In this document: positions 16,778-25,700 of the stretch, piece after piece
Position numbering within the stretch: the stretch's first letter is position 1
Layout of the letters: every line of letters starts with the position of its first letter
Virus record (IMG/VR): IMGVR_UViG_3300034061_000562
Span: 1-36,229 of that record
Direction: 5' to 3' (one strand)
Length of the DNA stretch: 36,229 nucleotides
Source of the DNA: a virus
Lineage: Duplodnaviria; Caudoviricetes
The notes under the pieces: generated by a model
Seen by the model: only the letters and a program-made list of their open reading frames with translations
Database searches by the model: none
Told to the model about the DNA's origin: nothing
Program-made: the position numbers and the translations under genes

Positions 16778-17032
16778 ATGTCTAGCAACCCTGTAACTGG
16801 AGATAGTCTAGTAAGTAAGATTGGCAGCAAAGAACAAAAGCAAAAGTTTGACGAAGGCTTTGACCGTATCTTTCGTAAGAAAGACCCAATCTGTAACGTG
16901 TGTGGCAAGACTTTAAGCACTACAAAAGAATGCGCCTTTACAGGATGCGAACTTAACTGGTGGGATGAAGACCGTGTAGATACTATTGGGCAAAATGGCA
17001 ATACTGGGGAACACTATGAAAATAGCAATTGA
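16778..17032 (+). CDS. Hypothetical protein with Cys cluster
   Basis: GGAG RBS, MSSNPVTGD, FDRIF, CNVC...C....C, IGQNGNTGEHY. Confidence 0.6.
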   Translation: MSSNPVTGDSLVSKIGSKEQKQKFDEGFDRIFRKKDPICNVCGKTLSTTKECAFTGCELNWWDEDRVDTIGQNGNTGEHYENSN

Positions 17033-17228
17033 AATTGATGATAACAACGTCATCGCTGATATGCTTGACACGATGGTGTTGTCGCACCTAAAGACCTGTA
17101 AGCAAAATATCATTGAATGGCAAGCTACTAATGAAGAAGACATTAAACACGACAAAAAGGTAGTAAAAGCACTTAACGTACTTATTGAATATTATGGAGG
17201 ATATAATGCCGTGCAATCAAAACTGTAA
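17016..17228 (+). CDS. Hypothetical protein
   Basis: GGGGA RBS, MKIAIEID, 70 aa. Confidence 0.55.
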   Translation: MKIAIEIDDNNVIADMLDTMVLSHLKTCKQNIIEWQATNEEDIKHDKKVVKALNVLIEYYGGYNAVQSKL

Positions 17229-17430
17229 TCAAGGTCGTAACTGCGACTGCAAGAAAGATTCAAGTGTAGATAGAGCCACCGTAGTTGTAGCAACATTGCT
17301 ACTTATCTGTATTGTTTCTATGGGATTTGGATTATATAAACTAATGCATGGAACTAAAGGTCAAGACTGCGCTGTAGAAGTTCAATTTGGTGGTGGTGTT
17401 AAGGCAACTTACCTTGGCACTTCAGTTTAG
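17206..17430 (+). CDS. Small membrane protein with N-terminal CNQNCNQGRNC motif
   Basis: GGAGG RBS; Cys-rich head followed by one hydrophobic segment. Confidence 0.6.
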   Translation: MPCNQNCNQGRNCDCKKDSSVDRATVVVATLLLICIVSMGFGLYKLMHGTKGQDCAVEVQFGGGVKATYLGTSV

Positions 17431-17585
17431 TCACTACTATATTGCAAAGTGGTTCAATAAAGTCGGTTTGGCGGATGTTTGAGTTTAATTTTATGCGTAA
17501 GTCTACACTTTTAGTTTAGTTTTGAACTAAAACCTGTTACTTATCGGCAACATAACTGACAGATTGTAAACCATAGGATACAGAT

Positions 17586-17759
17586 ATGAAAATAGAATTG
17601 ATAGGTGATATAAAAGACCATCCAGATGGTAGCGGTATTGCGGAGCTGGACATAGACGAAGAAGGTAAGATGTACTTGATGCAGCTAGGCTTTGAAGTTT
17701 TGCTTATGCGAGGCATTGAGGCAATGAAAGAAGAGTATGCTGATATACCGACCTTATAA
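17586..17759 (+). CDS. 57-aa acidic hypothetical protein (not in ORF track)
   Basis: AGGA RBS; MKIELIGDIKDHPDGSGIAELDIDEEG... Confidence 0.6.
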   Translation: MKIELIGDIKDHPDGSGIAELDIDEEGKMYLMQLGFEVLLMRGIEAMKEEYADIPTL

Positions 17760-17874
17760 ACTGCCTACTGGTAAACCTAACTTTAATGGTCGCATGAGGC
17801 GATTTAAATCGTTTAGCAGTAAAAGTAGAGCATTAATTAATTACATTAAAAGAAGGCAAAAATGTATACCTTAG
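17737..17874 (+). CDS. 45-aa basic peptide (not in ORF track)
   Basis: MLIYRPYKLPTGKPNFNGRMRRFK...; fills the gap, overlapping both neighbours. Confidence 0.4.
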   Translation: MLIYRPYKLPTGKPNFNGRMRRFKSFSSKSRALINYIKRRQKCIP

Positions 17875-18002
17875 ACTACATCTTGTGTTACAAAGAGGCT
17901 TTTATACTAGGTATTGTGGTAGGGCTAATTATATCTACATACTATGCAAAATATGTATATAATAAACAAAAACATAAGGATATGTATGGCAGAAATAGAT
18001 GA
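17862..18002 (+). CDS. 46-aa single-TM peptide (not in ORF track)
   Basis: MYTLDYILCYKEAFILGIVVGLIISTYY...; AAGG RBS. Confidence 0.45.
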   Translation: MYTLDYILCYKEAFILGIVVGLIISTYYAKYVYNKQKHKDMYGRNR

Positions 18003-19152
18003 CAGATTAGCCCAGTACGCTACTGATAAACAATGGCAGTATTATAGTAAGTCTTGTGAGCTTAATTCTAATCGTGCAGCAGCCAAGTTCTTTGGTGTAA
18101 CTGCAACGGTAGTTGATGTTGCTGTTAGAGGCTTAAAGGCTAAAGCAGCACTAGCCGGTTACGCACCTAACCACGACATGACTAGGGCAGCACCAGAGCC
18201 GTTTATAGTTCGTGGTGTGTCTACCTACTACAATGCTGAAGGTAAGGCTAGTGGGCAATGGGTTAAGACTAGAGTAGATGATAGCAAGCTAGAGGAGATT
18301 GTCCGTAACTTTGTTGCAGACCTTGCAGAAGACATTAAGGGTCTAGCACCAATAACTCCACCACCGGCAATAACGTCAGAGAATGTGTTGACTGTAATCC
18401 CTATGGGTGACCCTCACTTTGGTCTGTATGCATGGGCAAAAGATGCTGGCGATGACTTTGACTTGGACATTGCAGAGAAGCTAACCTGTAGCGCAATAGA
18501 CAGGTTGATAGCAAGCTCACCAAATACGCACACGGCATTGCTACTTAACTTAGGCGATATGTTCCATGCCGACAACCAAAAGAATATAACGAACTCTGGT
18601 CACCAGCTTGATGTAGATGGTCGCTGGGCAAAGGTGCAGCAGGTTGGTCTACGTGCCATTATCTACTGCCTAAAACGATTGCTAGAGAAGCATCAAAAGG
18701 TAGTATTCCGTATCAATAAAGGTAACCACGATGGGCATTCATCTTACGCACTAGCATTGATGATTAGCTGTTACTTTCATAACGAGCCACGCATGGAAGT
18801 TGACCTGTCACCGGCAGTATGTTGGTACTACACGTTTGGCAAGGTGCTAATAGGCTCTACGCATGGCGATACCGTTAAGGGTAAAGATATGCTGTCTATC
18901 ATGGCAGCAGACAAGTCAGAGGACTGGGGAAGGTCTAAGTTTAGGTATTGGTATGTTGGTCACGTACACCACAAAGATGTGAAAGAGTATCACGGTGGTA
19001 TCGTAGAATACTTTAGGACACTAGCAGCTAGAGATGCTTGGCATCAAGGACAAGGCTATCGTGCTGGTCGTGATATGTGTTCAATCATACTGCACAAAGA
19101 GTACGGTGAGATAGAGCGACATACCTGCGACATTGGCATGATTACCGATTAA
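17986..19152 (+). CDS. Calcineurin-like metallophosphoesterase with N-terminal HTH-like region
   Basis: GDPHFG, LGDMFH, GNHD, HGD, GHVH motifs; AAGGA RBS before MAEID. Confidence 0.85.
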   Translation: MAEIDDRLAQYATDKQWQYYSKSCELNSNRAAAKFFGVTATVVDVAVRGLKAKAALAGYAPNHDMTRAAPEPFIVRGVSTYYNAEGKASGQWVKTRVDDSKLEEIVRNFVADLAEDIKGLAPITPPPAITSENVLTVIPMGDPHFGLYAWAKDAGDDFDLDIAEKLTCSAIDRLIASSPNTHTALLLNLGDMFHADNQKNITNSGHQLDVDGRWAKVQQVGLRAIIYCLKRLLEKHQKVVFRINKGNHDGHSSYALALMISCYFHNEPRMEVDLSPAVCWYYTFGKVLIGSTHGDTVKGKDMLSIMAADKSEDWGRSKFRYWYVGHVHHKDVKEYHGGIVEYFRTLAARDAWHQGQGYRAGRDMCSIILHKEYGEIERHTCDIGMITD

Positions 19153-20166
19153 TTACTTAGTTTTCTTTTCTTTCTTTGGTTTTTCTTGCATATTATTATA
19201 TGTATTTAATCCAAGTAAACTACCTACTGCTAATGGAGCTACACCAGCAAGTATGTCTGCTTCATTTCTGCGCATTGGGTCAAAGGCTGCAAAGCGAGAG
19301 CGAATATTACTTGTTTCCCACGGCATGATAAATTTTTCGCCACTACCAATGTCTACAGTTACACCTTTATATCCAGTAGCTTCTTGAGCAGCTTTGTTAA
19401 ATGCTTCTGGATTGCCTTTATAAAAATCATTGTTTAGCATATTTAATTGGCTTAATACACTTCCATCACCAATATCTTTATATGCATTTATAGCTTGCCT
19501 TAATACTTTTTCTTTTCCTTCATAATCAACATCACCAAAATTTGATAAAGCATATTCGTCTGGAGATTTGTTAATAATGCTTTTAATTTGCGATGGAGTT
19601 AATGCTTGGATTTTATCTGCATCTAAAAAATTAGTTGGATTAACCATTAAAGGCATTATATTGCCACCTTCTACTGGAAAACCATTTTCATAAGGAACAT
19701 ATCCTCCAGCATTATATGGAGAAGTTGCAGTATATAAAGCAGCACTACCATATTGGTCTGCACCTTTACCACTATAAGCATAACTTGGAACTTTAATATC
19801 ATCTTTTCCACCATGATATACAGAAACATTACCCATAGCTTTAGCTCTATCCATAGCCGTATTACTTGCTGGCAATCCTAGACCGCCTTCTGCTACTGGC
19901 AATGCTGCATTGCGTTGTGCTGTTAGTTGTTTAACTTCAAACTCTGTCAAAGGAAACTTACCGCCTACTGCTTTAGTAATTCCCATTGGTGCAAATGTCA
20001 TAGCAACATCTAATGCCTCATTAGGCATAACTGGTGATGGTTTGTTTAACTCTTGCAATGCTGTCATGTCACCAGACAATAGACCACCTAGCGCATTACG
20101 GTATGGTGCGCCTTTAGCATACTGTGCTTTTGCTGCTTCAGTAATGTAATCTAATAATCCTGCCAT
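19153..20166 (-). CDS. ADP-ribosyltransferase-like (polyvalent ART-type) protein
   Basis: VYHG, LYTATSP..A.GY, GNIMPL, GYKGV, NIRSRFAAFDP. Confidence 0.6.
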   Translation of the reverse strand: MAGLLDYITEAAKAQYAKGAPYRNALGGLLSGDMTALQELNKPSPVMPNEALDVAMTFAPMGITKAVGGKFPLTEFEVKQLTAQRNAALPVAEGGLGLPASNTAMDRAKAMGNVSVYHGGKDDIKVPSYAYSGKGADQYGSAALYTATSPYNAGGYVPYENGFPVEGGNIMPLMVNPTNFLDADKIQALTPSQIKSIINKSPDEYALSNFGDVDYEGKEKVLRQAINAYKDIGDGSVLSQLNMLNNDFYKGNPEAFNKAAQEATGYKGVTVDIGSGEKFIMPWETSNIRSRFAAFDPMRRNEADILAGVAPLAVGSLLGLNTYNNMQEKPKKEKKTK

Positions 20167-20169
20167 AAC

Positions 20170-20667
20170 TTATCCTTGTTTATTAAATAATGCTGCTTCG
20201 TCTTTACGTCTATTGTCTAAGCCTTTTAAGACCTTGCCACCAGCTTTGTTATACTTGAGAAGACTTTGTATAGCCGTAATTTTATCCCCACGCAAAAGCG
20301 CCTGACGGAGTGTTGACCGCTGAAATGTACCAAGACCAAGATTAAAGCAGAAGCTAAGAATAGCATCGTATTCATTCTGTGAAAGTCGTATAGGTAAATA
20401 ACGGGCAAGCCCTCGTTCAAATCGTGCGACATCCTTAGCCAATAACTTGTCAACTTCTTCCTCACTCCATCTACGGTTGTCTTCAGGCTTTAAAGGGTAC
20501 GCTTTACGAGTAGCCATACCTTCTATGCTTGATGGTATTTTAGCCTGTTCTGGATATAAAACACTACCAACACCAATAGTCCAGAGTTTAGCCGGACATT
20601 GGTATGGTTTGTATCTAACACCTTCATGGTGTTTCAACATATTAAATAGTTCTTTACTTGCCTTCAC
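20170..20667 (-). CDS. Endolysin, GH24 lysozyme
   Basis: HEG...YQCPAKLWTIG gives E-x8-C-x5-T triad; FNLG, GLDNRRKDE; GTG start at 20667 assumed. Confidence 0.9.
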   Translation of the reverse strand: MKASKELFNMLKHHEGVRYKPYQCPAKLWTIGVGSVLYPEQAKIPSSIEGMATRKAYPLKPEDNRRWSEEEVDKLLAKDVARFERGLARYLPIRLSQNEYDAILSFCFNLGLGTFQRSTLRQALLRGDKITAIQSLLKYNKAGGKVLKGLDNRRKDEAALFNKQG

Positions 20668-21151
20668 GATGTTTTTCCCATTGACGTGAGCCAAAGTAGA
20701 AACCAATTATACTAGATACGATAGCCATTTCGTCATCAGAAAATACTAAACCCATAGCCGTTGTAAACTCAACACCAGTATAGATAGCCCAGCCAAGACC
20801 AACAAGGTCAACTAGCACTAGCAAGCCAACAAAGGTGAATGCAATGTATGGGCGAACTCTACCGTTAAGGTCTACAACAGATTGAGAAGCCTTGTCCATG
20901 ATTTTCATATCGTGAGAATATAAAGCCTCACGTTCTTGCGTATAGGTCTGCATCTCTATGCCATCTAGCTTGATAGCTTCAATCTTTTCTTGTGATGCAA
21001 AACCAGCAGCAGCCATAGCAGCTTCACGCTCTGTTTGCAAACGAGCCATATTCATTTCATGCTTTTGGTCACCTTTCTGTTGAAAGAAACCTAATAAACT
21101 TGGTAAGGCTGAAGAGCCGATACCTAATAGACCTGATATGATTGATAACAT
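20654..21151 (-). CDS. Holin-like membrane protein
   Basis: Hydrophobic segments, VRPYI, IIGFYFGSR; directly upstream of lysozyme. Confidence 0.65.
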   Translation of the reverse strand: MLSIISGLLGIGSSALPSLLGFFQQKGDQKHEMNMARLQTEREAAMAAAGFASQEKIEAIKLDGIEMQTYTQEREALYSHDMKIMDKASQSVVDLNGRVRPYIAFTFVGLLVLVDLVGLGWAIYTGVEFTTAMGLVFSDDEMAIVSSIIGFYFGSRQWEKHREGK

Positions 21152-21153
21152 AA

Positions 21154-21624
21154 TTAATTTCCTAGTGGGTTAGAGGTAGCACGTTTAAGTGCTTTAAGTT
21201 GTGATTCTATGCCTTCACGGGTAGCTTTCATCTCTTCACGTACACCTAGTAAAGATGCTGAAGTTTCACGCACATTGCCGTTAGTGATAGCCTTGGCTTC
21301 ATTAGCTGTACCAATAGCGTTAGATACCTTCTCTTGCATAGATACAAGCTGATTAGATGTAGTCACCATAGAATCTTTAACTACATTGACTGAGGCTTGT
21401 TGTGCAGATAATTGAACCTTTAAAGCATTTACCTCTGCTCGTAGTTCTGCATCGTCATAAGGCTTTGCTGCCTCAATCGCTTCAGTCGCAGCTATAACAC
21501 GGTTGTAAGTCGTTATCCCTACGTAACCTGTTCCACCTATCGCTGGCAAGATTATTGAAAGCGTCAGAAATATTGCCTTCGGTGATAAGTTGGAGTAAGA
21601 CTCCTTGATTTCCTCTAAGCTCAT
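21154..21624 (-). CDS. Single-TM coiled-coil protein
   Basis: GGAG RBS, MSLEEIK; one TM followed by a long heptad region ending NPLGN. Confidence 0.65.
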   Translation of the reverse strand: MSLEEIKESYSNLSPKAIFLTLSIILPAIGGTGYVGITTYNRVIAATEAIEAAKPYDDAELRAEVNALKVQLSAQQASVNVVKDSMVTTSNQLVSMQEKVSNAIGTANEAKAITNGNVRETSASLLGVREEMKATREGIESQLKALKRATSNPLGN

Positions 21625-22582
21625 ACGGTAACTCCTGCTGGTATGCCAATGCATCGTTCAATTGAATCTCCTGAATCTGCATCGGTCGGTTTAAAATCTC
21701 TAGGCTCATCACTAACCCGAACCCCTGTACTAACGTCTTCCCTGCCGGCACTTGTACTGGCGAGGTATTCTGCGTATTCCCTGTTGAGGAGGTCGTTGGC
21801 GCACTCACGGCTGGTTGTGATGGTTGTGTACTTGTGCTTCCTGACGAGGCTGTTGCCGGTAGTGCTTCTGCCTTTGGAGCTTCCGGTGGTGGAGCTTCTG
21901 CCGGTGGTGGTGCTTCCGGTGGAGGTGGCTCTGGTGGTTGTTCTGCTGGAGGCTCTGGTGCAGGTGCTGGCGGAGCTGCTGGCAGACTCAACGGACTCGC
22001 TGGGTTTACCGGACTGCTCATGTTCGTTGGATTCGTTTGACTCTTTACGCAACTGTTTTGTGTAGTAATCCAATCGTTCCAAATAGGTTGAGTATATGGT
22101 GTTGAGCAGACAGAAACTCTGCTTTCTGTTATTGAACCAATGAAGCCATCCTGACACGCTAAAGTCCTTTCTTGAATGCTTGTTTGACAAGTTGGAGGAG
22201 CTGGCTGACACGACCTTGAGATTTCAAACCAACCGGAGTCAACAGGCTGGCTGTATTGGTCTGGGCAGTTTTGTTCCCTTTTGTACGTGACCGAGCCGAT
22301 TTGGTTATCCCCACAGGTTTGCCTTTCTTCTGTAACTGCGCTGTAGGTGCAGGTTGGTTGCGGTGGAGGAGGTGGCGGTGGAGCAGGTTGACCACACTCA
22401 GGTATATTAGGAAAAATCTGACAGGCAAGTTGCTGACAAGATTCCATAGTCGTACCTTGAGCCACACCAAGGCTTGAGTACACGGGCATGTTATTTTCCC
22501 AAGCAGTTGCATAACAGTATGCACTAGCATCATTACTCTTTAGAATTAGGCAGAGGAGTAATAAGGACAAAATCCTTACCAT
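21482..22582 (-). CDS. Secreted Cys-rich/Pro-rich protein
   Basis: GAGG RBS before MVRILSLLLLCLIL; repeated C...C...G.I...R...C...W..C modules, then a Pro/Ser/Thr linker. Confidence 0.65.
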   Translation of the reverse strand: MVRILSLLLLCLILKSNDASAYCYATAWENNMPVYSSLGVAQGTTMESCQQLACQIFPNIPECGQPAPPPPPPPQPTCTYSAVTEERQTCGDNQIGSVTYKREQNCPDQYSQPVDSGWFEISRSCQPAPPTCQTSIQERTLACQDGFIGSITESRVSVCSTPYTQPIWNDWITTQNSCVKSQTNPTNMSSPVNPASPLSLPAAPPAPAPEPPAEQPPEPPPPEAPPPAEAPPPEAPKAEALPATASSGSTSTQPSQPAVSAPTTSSTGNTQNTSPVQVPAGKTLVQGFGLVMSLEILNRPMQIQEIQLNDALAYQQELPYELRGNQGVLLQLITEGNISDAFNNLASDRWNRLRRDNDLQPCYSCD

Positions 22583-22994
22583 ATATTTCCTCAAACCAAA
22601 TTGGGTGTAAGTCATACCAAGCCTTTCTAGCTGCATCACCAATAGCACCACCTATAGGACAAGGTGAACCAGACATCTCCATAGCAACCCAGTTTTCATG
22701 ATTGGCTGCACAGGCTAACGATACTGCTGCTACCTTGAGTCCACTATCACTTAGGAACTTAGCCCAGCGTAGTTTAACGCAGTTACTGTCTGTAACCATC
22801 GTGCCACCAGCTACAGAAAATATCCCACCGTTGACAGCACCACTAATACCAATGCTGCAAACGTCTTGACTGAAAGCCGACATTGAAGGAGCGACAGCAG
22901 AGGACACAGGTTGACCTTTATAATTAATTGTCGTTTCATCGGCATAAGCTGTAGCTACAAATAATAAAGTAATAAAAAGTAATATATGTTTCAT
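22533..22994 (-). CDS. Secreted Cys-containing protein
   Basis: Signal peptide ending AYA|D; APSMS..DVC, DSNC, GLKVAAVSLAC, GSPCP. Confidence 0.7.
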   Translation of the reverse strand: MKHILLFITLLFVATAYADETTINYKGQPVSSAVAPSMSAFSQDVCSIGISGAVNGGIFSVAGGTMVTDSNCVKLRWAKFLSDSGLKVAAVSLACAANHENWVAMEMSGSPCPIGGAIGDAARKAWYDLHPIWFEEIYGKDFVLITPLPNSKE

Positions 22995-23182
22995 TATCCA
23001 TCCAATTCTGGTCGTTCGTTTATTTGCATTGCCAACCCTGCTTCGTCTTCAAAGATACATACCTCAGACAAGTCATCTAGAAATATTACTAGCTCACCAT
23101 CAAAGATAGCTACCTCTTCTATAGTCTTACCGACCATGTGTTGAAAGTAGTCTTGCATACCAAATAGTTTATGCACGGTCAT
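22994..23182 (-). CDS. Acidic hypothetical protein
   Basis: MTVHKLF...GKTIEEV; TAATG coupling to next gene. Confidence 0.5.
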   Translation of the reverse strand: MTVHKLFGMQDYFQHMVGKTIEEVAIFDGELVIFLDDLSEVCIFEDEAGLAMQINERPELDG

Positions 23183-23330
23183 AATTAATTCCAATCAAGT
23201 CACCAGAGTCTATCAGTTCATGTGTTAGCTCGTCTTCCGCTAAACAATTGTCACAGGTAGTTTCATCGCCCTGCTCGTTGATAATAAATGCTTGCCGACA
23301 CTTCTCGCACAATGCAATGCGATTAATCAT
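23169..23330 (-). CDS. Small Zn-ribbon protein
   Basis: MINRIALCEKC...CDNC. Confidence 0.5.
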   Translation of the reverse strand: MINRIALCEKCRQAFIINEQGDETTCDNCLAEDELTHELIDSGDLIGINYDRA

Positions 23331-23338
23331 GACTTGTT

Positions 23339-23515
23339 TCACTTTATTACCCAGCCGTGTGCAGCAGCATAGGCATACAGAAACATACCTAGAGCCACCG
23401 ATAATATGCCACGTAATGTCCACTTACCAACTGTAGCAAATTGCTTGTCTAGCCACTCGGAAATAGCCTCTTTGAATGCTGCTTTGTGTAGTTCTTTTTG
23501 TTCTTCTGGAGTCAT
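23339..23515 (-). CDS. 58-aa single-TM protein, possible holin/antiholin (not in ORF track)
   Basis: AAGGA RBS; MTPEEQKELHKAAFKEAISEWLDKQFATVGKWTLRGILSVALGMFLY... Confidence 0.7.
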   Translation of the reverse strand: MTPEEQKELHKAAFKEAISEWLDKQFATVGKWTLRGILSVALGMFLYAYAAAHGWVIK

Positions 23516-23527
23516 GCTATTTCCTTA

Positions 23528-25006
23528 TTAGTCTAGTAAACTTGGTGTAGTGTTTAATTGATTATATGAAGTTACACCAGATGCGGCAGGTATTCCTATT
23601 AAACCTTTGTTAGCTGGCGTTGGAACACGTTTTAATGCTTTACTTGTTTGATACATCATCCTAGCCACCAATGCTTTAAATGCATCACTTCTATCTGCCA
23701 TCATTCCAGCTAGCTGAATTGGCTTGCTTGAAAGACCTGCAATTCCTACTGGATTATTTTTTAACGCTGTATAAGCCCTAGATTCAGCTACATCTAATGC
23801 GTTAATTAAATCAGATTCTTTTGCATTAAGTAAATTTACTGCAGGTTCTACCCTTGCAATTTCTTCTTTTAATCCTTTTGCTCCAGCCCTTTGAGCTTCT
23901 TTTGTTGCTCCACCAAGCTCAGAAAAGTTTTTTTCTCCAATAGCTTTATAAGTTCCTTGCTTCATTTTTTGTGCCAATTGAACACCAAATTCATCAACTT
24001 TTTGTGGTGATAACAGCAACCCAGTATTTACAGACTGTGGCAATTTCTCATGTGTTTCAAATGCTTTTCTTACGGCTTTAACAGCAGCAACATCAGATGA
24101 TGGGTCAATTTGATACTTATAAGATTCTTCTAAATCATCTAAATATTTCAAAACAGCAGACTTACTGACTTTATTGTTAGAGTTAGCAATCATCCCTTTA
24201 ATTTGGTCATTTAATGAATAGATTTTATTTTGTATTGTATCTAATCCACGACCAAATATTGTTCTGCCAATAGTTGGATTCACACCTTCTTCAAGCATTG
24301 TTTGTACTGCTTGTTGCCCTGCTCCAGATTCCAATTCTTTTTTAGCTGGTTTAATAGCAGACATCATTAATTTATTTGCTCCAGAACTTAATGGAGCTTG
24401 CAATAATCTTGGAGCATTTGGAAATAATCCGCCAGTTAATGTACCAACACCAAGATTTTCAATTCTGCTTTCTTGACCTAATGTTGGCTGTAATGCGCTA
24501 TAAATTCCACTTAAAACAGAACTTCCAACAGTACGATTGGCAGCAGGAATAAATGCTAATGGCGCTGCTGTAGCTATATTACCTGCAATAGCGCCTACAG
24601 GAGCTTCTTCAGCAATAATCCTATTTTGCTTAATTTGTGATGTGTCATATTGCTTTCTAGGTAATGCTTGATAGCCTTGAATTGGACTAGATGATGTTTC
24701 ACCTGTTCTTGGATTAATGTACTCTTGTGGGTTTTGTAAGTCACTAAATAATTGTTTAGCACCTTCATATAAATTAGATGGTGCAGTAGCAGCACCTTTT
24801 AAATTGCGAGATAGCCATGATTCTTCTTGCAATGCTGCACGTGTAGCATCATTAGCTTCTTTTTGACTTTGTAAATGAGAATAGTCTAACTTAGATTCAT
24901 TGTATTTTGCTGCTTGATAAGCATTTGTAACTTTTTTAAATTCAGCAGTACCTTTTTTATCTTTGTTATCAATAATCCATTGTGCATATTGCTCTGCAGC
25001 AGCCAT
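23528..25006 (-). CDS. Putative DNA ejection/internal virion protein
   Basis: 492 aa, Ala/Gly helical; position at end of virion module. Confidence 0.55.
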   Translation of the reverse strand: MAAAEQYAQWIIDNKDKKGTAEFKKVTNAYQAAKYNESKLDYSHLQSQKEANDATRAALQEESWLSRNLKGAATAPSNLYEGAKQLFSDLQNPQEYINPRTGETSSSPIQGYQALPRKQYDTSQIKQNRIIAEEAPVGAIAGNIATAAPLAFIPAANRTVGSSVLSGIYSALQPTLGQESRIENLGVGTLTGGLFPNAPRLLQAPLSSGANKLMMSAIKPAKKELESGAGQQAVQTMLEEGVNPTIGRTIFGRGLDTIQNKIYSLNDQIKGMIANSNNKVSKSAVLKYLDDLEESYKYQIDPSSDVAAVKAVRKAFETHEKLPQSVNTGLLLSPQKVDEFGVQLAQKMKQGTYKAIGEKNFSELGGATKEAQRAGAKGLKEEIARVEPAVNLLNAKESDLINALDVAESRAYTALKNNPVGIAGLSSKPIQLAGMMADRSDAFKALVARMMYQTSKALKRVPTPANKGLIGIPAASGVTSYNQLNTTPSLLD

Positions 25007-25008
25007 AA

Positions 25009-25698
25009 TTATTTCCCACCTTTAATAATGCTATCCGCTTCATTAAATATAGTATTTGTTTTATTTTTTGTTTTTGCACCGGCATTTCTTATGGCTGGAG
25101 GAGCTTCAAATTGTTTTGAATAATCTTTAGCCCAAACAGTATCAGCGCCATCAAGATGACCATAAGTATTATAATACTCATTTAAAAATTGTAGTTTTGC
25201 TTTAGACCTAGCTAAATCTTTGTTAAAAGAATCTATTTCAAGTTGATTAACACTTCCTTTTGTACCAACATTTGGCAATGATTTAATGTACATAGCAATA
25301 TCACGGTCAGATGTTGTACCAGAGCCTTCAATTCTCATGCTTGGTGCAAGTTTACTAAGAATTTGTGTCATTCTTTGTTCTGGCGCACCTTCTAATTTAT
25401 TTAATCCCCAAACATTTGGCAAAATGTCAGAATACCACTCACCGGTTCTATTTTCTCTGTTTAAAGCACTAAATTCATCAAACTTTCTTTGCATTGCTTC
25501 ACCTTGAGCTACTACTGCTGCATTTGCATCAATCTTTTTACGAGCATAGTCAGCAGCTCTTAACCTAGCTTCATCTGCTTTTGCTGGAGGCAAGTTAGAC
25601 CAAGGCACACGAATACCTGTTGGAGCTTCTTGAAAACCCTCTGATATTGGTGCTGTTGACCCACCAAATTGTGCTGCCAATTCATCTAATGTAGCCAT
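25009..25698 (-). CDS. Putative ejection-associated protein
   Basis: 229 aa; GSGTTSDRD motif; position. Confidence 0.5.
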   Translation of the reverse strand: MATLDELAAQFGGSTAPISEGFQEAPTGIRVPWSNLPPAKADEARLRAADYARKKIDANAAVVAQGEAMQRKFDEFSALNRENRTGEWYSDILPNVWGLNKLEGAPEQRMTQILSKLAPSMRIEGSGTTSDRDIAMYIKSLPNVGTKGSVNQLEIDSFNKDLARSKAKLQFLNEYYNTYGHLDGADTVWAKDYSKQFEAPPAIRNAGAKTKNKTNTIFNEADSIIKGGK

Positions 25699-25700
25699 AA

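Noticed and set aside
17586-17759. LGFEV string resembling the PqqA GFEV core
   Set aside because: Continues EVLLM, with no E-x3-Y and no MW..P start; likely coincidence
21621-22211. 196-aa alternative-frame ORF whose stop overlaps the ATG at 21624
   Set aside because: Low-complexity Ser/Thr shadow of the Pro-rich gene with a GTG start and no clear RBS; a frameshift product cannot be fully excluded
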